Assembly: GCA_963819075.1 (NCBI GenBank)
Contig: CAWFUP010000006.1
Span: 302,987-326,986 of the forward strand
Reading direction: 5' to 3'
Source: an uncultured Solirubrobacterales bacterium
GTDB taxonomy: Bacteria > Actinomycetota > Thermoleophilia > Solirubrobacterales > Solirubrobacteraceae
Length of the DNA: 24,000 nucleotides
Positions 22,541-24,000 of the stretch are shown here, piece after piece (position 1 is the first letter of the stretch; the number at the start of each line of letters is the position of its first letter). Below the pieces are notes generated by a model. That model made no database searches and had not been told where the DNA came from. It worked only from the letters and a program-made list of their open reading frames with translations. The position numbers and the translations under genes are program-made.

Positions 22541-24000
22541 TCATGCGTCCGACGCTCCGGCGCCGGGAGCGGACCCAAGGCCGGCGCGCGACCATCCGTA
22601 GCGAGTCATCTCGGTGACCGGCTCGAGCTCGCCGCCGCGCTCGCCGCGGCGGACGAACACGATCGGCGCCGGAGCGGACCGCGCGATCGCGCGGCGGGTC
22701 TCGCCGAGACCCTCCTTCTCCCAGCGATCGGACAGGCCGATGAACAGCAGGTTGGCCTGCGAGGCGGCGGCGATGACGCCGTCGCGACCGGGCGGGGCGA
22801 GCACCGGCTCGACGGCCACGCCGGCGTACTGCTGGGCCAGCGTGGCGGCGTTGGCGATCAGGCGGCTGGCGTCGCGGTCCTCGTCGCCGCGCGCGGCGGC
22901 GCCGAGCAGCTGCACGCGAGCCTTTGTCGCGGCGGCGATGGCCGAGGCCAGCTCGAGCGCCGCCCAGTCGTGGTCGGCGCCGCCGAAGGGGACCATGATC
23001 ACCTCGCCCTCCTCGGTGGCCACGCGCACGCCTTCGCGTGCGACGAGCACGCCGACGTCGCATGGCGCCTCGCGCAGCACCGCGCCGACGCCCTCACGCG
23101 GGACGCCGTCGCCGAGCAGTGGCCGCCGGCCGTCGATGAGCACCAACCCGATCTCCTCGCTCTCGGCCAGGCGGGCGAGGTCCTTGCTCGTGTCGGCCGA
23201 GGTGAAGGCGATCCCCCGCGTGGGGATGCCGCTGTCGAGGAGGCCCACCCGCGCGCGCTCGACCTGCTCCCGGGCCTGTTGCAGCGCTCGCTGCTCACTC
23301 TGCAATCCGCCGCGGATCGCGGTGCCGCGCGGCGGGCGCACGAGCCGCGCGATGATGAGCTCGCGCGGCGGATCGGTCTTCGCGAGCGGCACGGCCAACG
23401 CGAGCAGCTGGTTGAGCGCGGCCGCGCTCTGCGGGGCGACCAGGATCGAGCCGCCGGTCGGCAGCGGCGGCGCCTCCTCGGCGCGCTCGAGGGCGCTCGC
23501 GGCGAGCTCCTCCTCGGGTGGCGCCCCGAAAGAGTTGTGGGGGTCGATGAGGCGCAGGACCGGCCCGGCCATGAACGTCGTCACGAGCGCCATGACCACG
23601 AGCGCGGCGAACAGCGCCGTCGAGATGACGCCCATCGAGAGGGCGAGATTGAGCACGATCAGCTCGGTCAGGCCGCGCGTGTTCATGAGCGCCCCGAGGG
23701 CCGCCGACTCACGCCACGGCAGCCGCATCACGCGCGCCGCGATCATCGCGCCGCCGAACTTGCCAACGATCGCGATCGCGATCAGCCCAAGCATGATCAG
23801 GATGAGGGTGCCGCTGCCGAGCTGGGTGACGTCCGTGCGCAGGCCCGTGTAGGCGAAGAACAGCGGCAGCAGCAGCACGAGCACGAAGTCCTCGACGCGG
23901 CGGGTGATGTCCTCCGAGAGGCCGGCGTGCCGGGGCATCACGGCGCCCATCACGAACCCGCCGAAGATGACGGCGATGCCGATCTCGTCGGTGGTGATGG
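22541..24000 (-). CDS. CPA2-family cation/proton antiporter with a C-terminal cytoplasmic USP-like regulatory region. The N-terminus lies beyond the right edge of the window.
   Basis: The frame stays open to position 24000 (ITTDEIGIAVIFGGFVMGAVMP...). Transmembrane segments include LLLPLFFAYTGLRTDV and ALMNTRGLTELIVLNLAL. A soluble tail of about 290 aa follows, with two USP-like repeats (ILVAPQSAA..., VIMVPFGGADHDWAALELA...). Confidence 0.9.
   Translation of the reverse strand, partial: ITTDEIGIAVIFGGFVMGAVMPRHAGLSEDITRRVEDFVLVLLLPLFFAYTGLRTDVTQLGSGTLILIMLGLIAIAIVGKFGGAMIAARVMRLPWRESAALGALMNTRGLTELIVLNLALSMGVISTALFAALVVMALVTTFMAGPVLRLIDPHNSFGAPPEEELAASALERAEEAPPLPTGGSILVAPQSAAALNQLLALAVPLAKTDPPRELIIARLVRPPRGTAIRGGLQSEQRALQQAREQVERARVGLLDSGIPTRGIAFTSADTSKDLARLAESEEIGLVLIDGRRPLLGDGVPREGVGAVLREAPCDVGVLVAREGVRVATEEGEVIMVPFGGADHDWAALELASAIAAATKARVQLLGAAARGDEDRDASRLIANAATLAQQYAGVAVEPVLAPPGRDGVIAAASQANLLFIGLSDRWEKEGLGETRRAIARSAPAPIVFVRRGERGGELEPVTEMTRYGWSRAGLGSAPGAGASDA

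Noticed and set aside
19062-23852. ORFs 19062..20534 (-), 19568..20551 (+) and 22614..23852 (+), which overlap the kinase and antiporter genes.
   Set aside because: The reason is the same. Their sequences are low-complexity and rich in Arg, Ala, Ser and Pro, and they are out of frame with or antisense to genes that carry Hanks-kinase or CPA2 motifs.
1-24000. A whole-window scan for tRNA or rRNA genes, CRISPR repeats, insertion-sequence inverted repeats, integrase or transposase genes, toxin-antitoxin pairs and compositional islands.
   Set aside because: None were found. The only AT-richer patches are short intergenic promoter or terminator regions (3360-3600, 5156-5256, 9610-9788). The only tandem repeats are the coding Pro/Ala/Gly tracts.

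Overview
This is a very GC-rich window (about 70% by eye), densely coded, with an Actinomycetota-like gene set. That set includes GTP-type PEP carboxykinase, DipZ, several Hanks-type Ser/Thr kinases and many apparently leaderless genes. I found no tRNA or rRNA genes, CRISPR arrays, transposases, integrases or recognisable defence genes, so it reads as core chromosome rather than an accessory island.

Gene content, left to right:
- An acyl-CoA module: ACSM-like acyl-CoA synthetase, PaaI thioesterase, acyl-CoA dehydrogenase and an SCP2 protein.
- A 29-aa small membrane ORF that is absent from the ORF track.
- A frameshifted Fpg/Nei DNA glycosylase.
- An ArsR-SRPBCC regulator with a clear promoter and operator.
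- A tightly coupled minus-strand operon: Mcl/CitE-type acyl-CoA lyase, then SucC-like and SucD-like ligase subunits, then an 83-aa ferredoxin-like protein. A MaoC hydratase is transcribed divergently from it.
- A GTP-PEPCK broken by two closely spaced 1-nt insertions.
- A Cys4 protein of unknown function.
- Molybdenum cofactor genes mobA and moaA flanking dipZ.
- A signalling block: a GAF-domain Ser/Thr kinase divergent from a CHASE2 class III nucleotide cyclase, then an operon of secreted protein, Pro/Ala/Gly-rich membrane protein and receptor-type Ser/Thr kinase.
- A partial CPA2 cation/proton antiporter with a USP-like tail.

I do not see a clearly novel system. The items most worth follow-up are:
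- the ligase/lyase/hydratase/Fe-S cluster, whose substrate is not assignable from sequence;
- the cyclase plus GAF-kinase pair;
- three indels in two conserved genes, which could be assembly error or pseudogenisation;
- the small ORF;
- a recurrent TANNNT-N6-8-start-codon signature suggesting leaderless transcription.

All calls come from by-eye motif recognition. No database search was possible.
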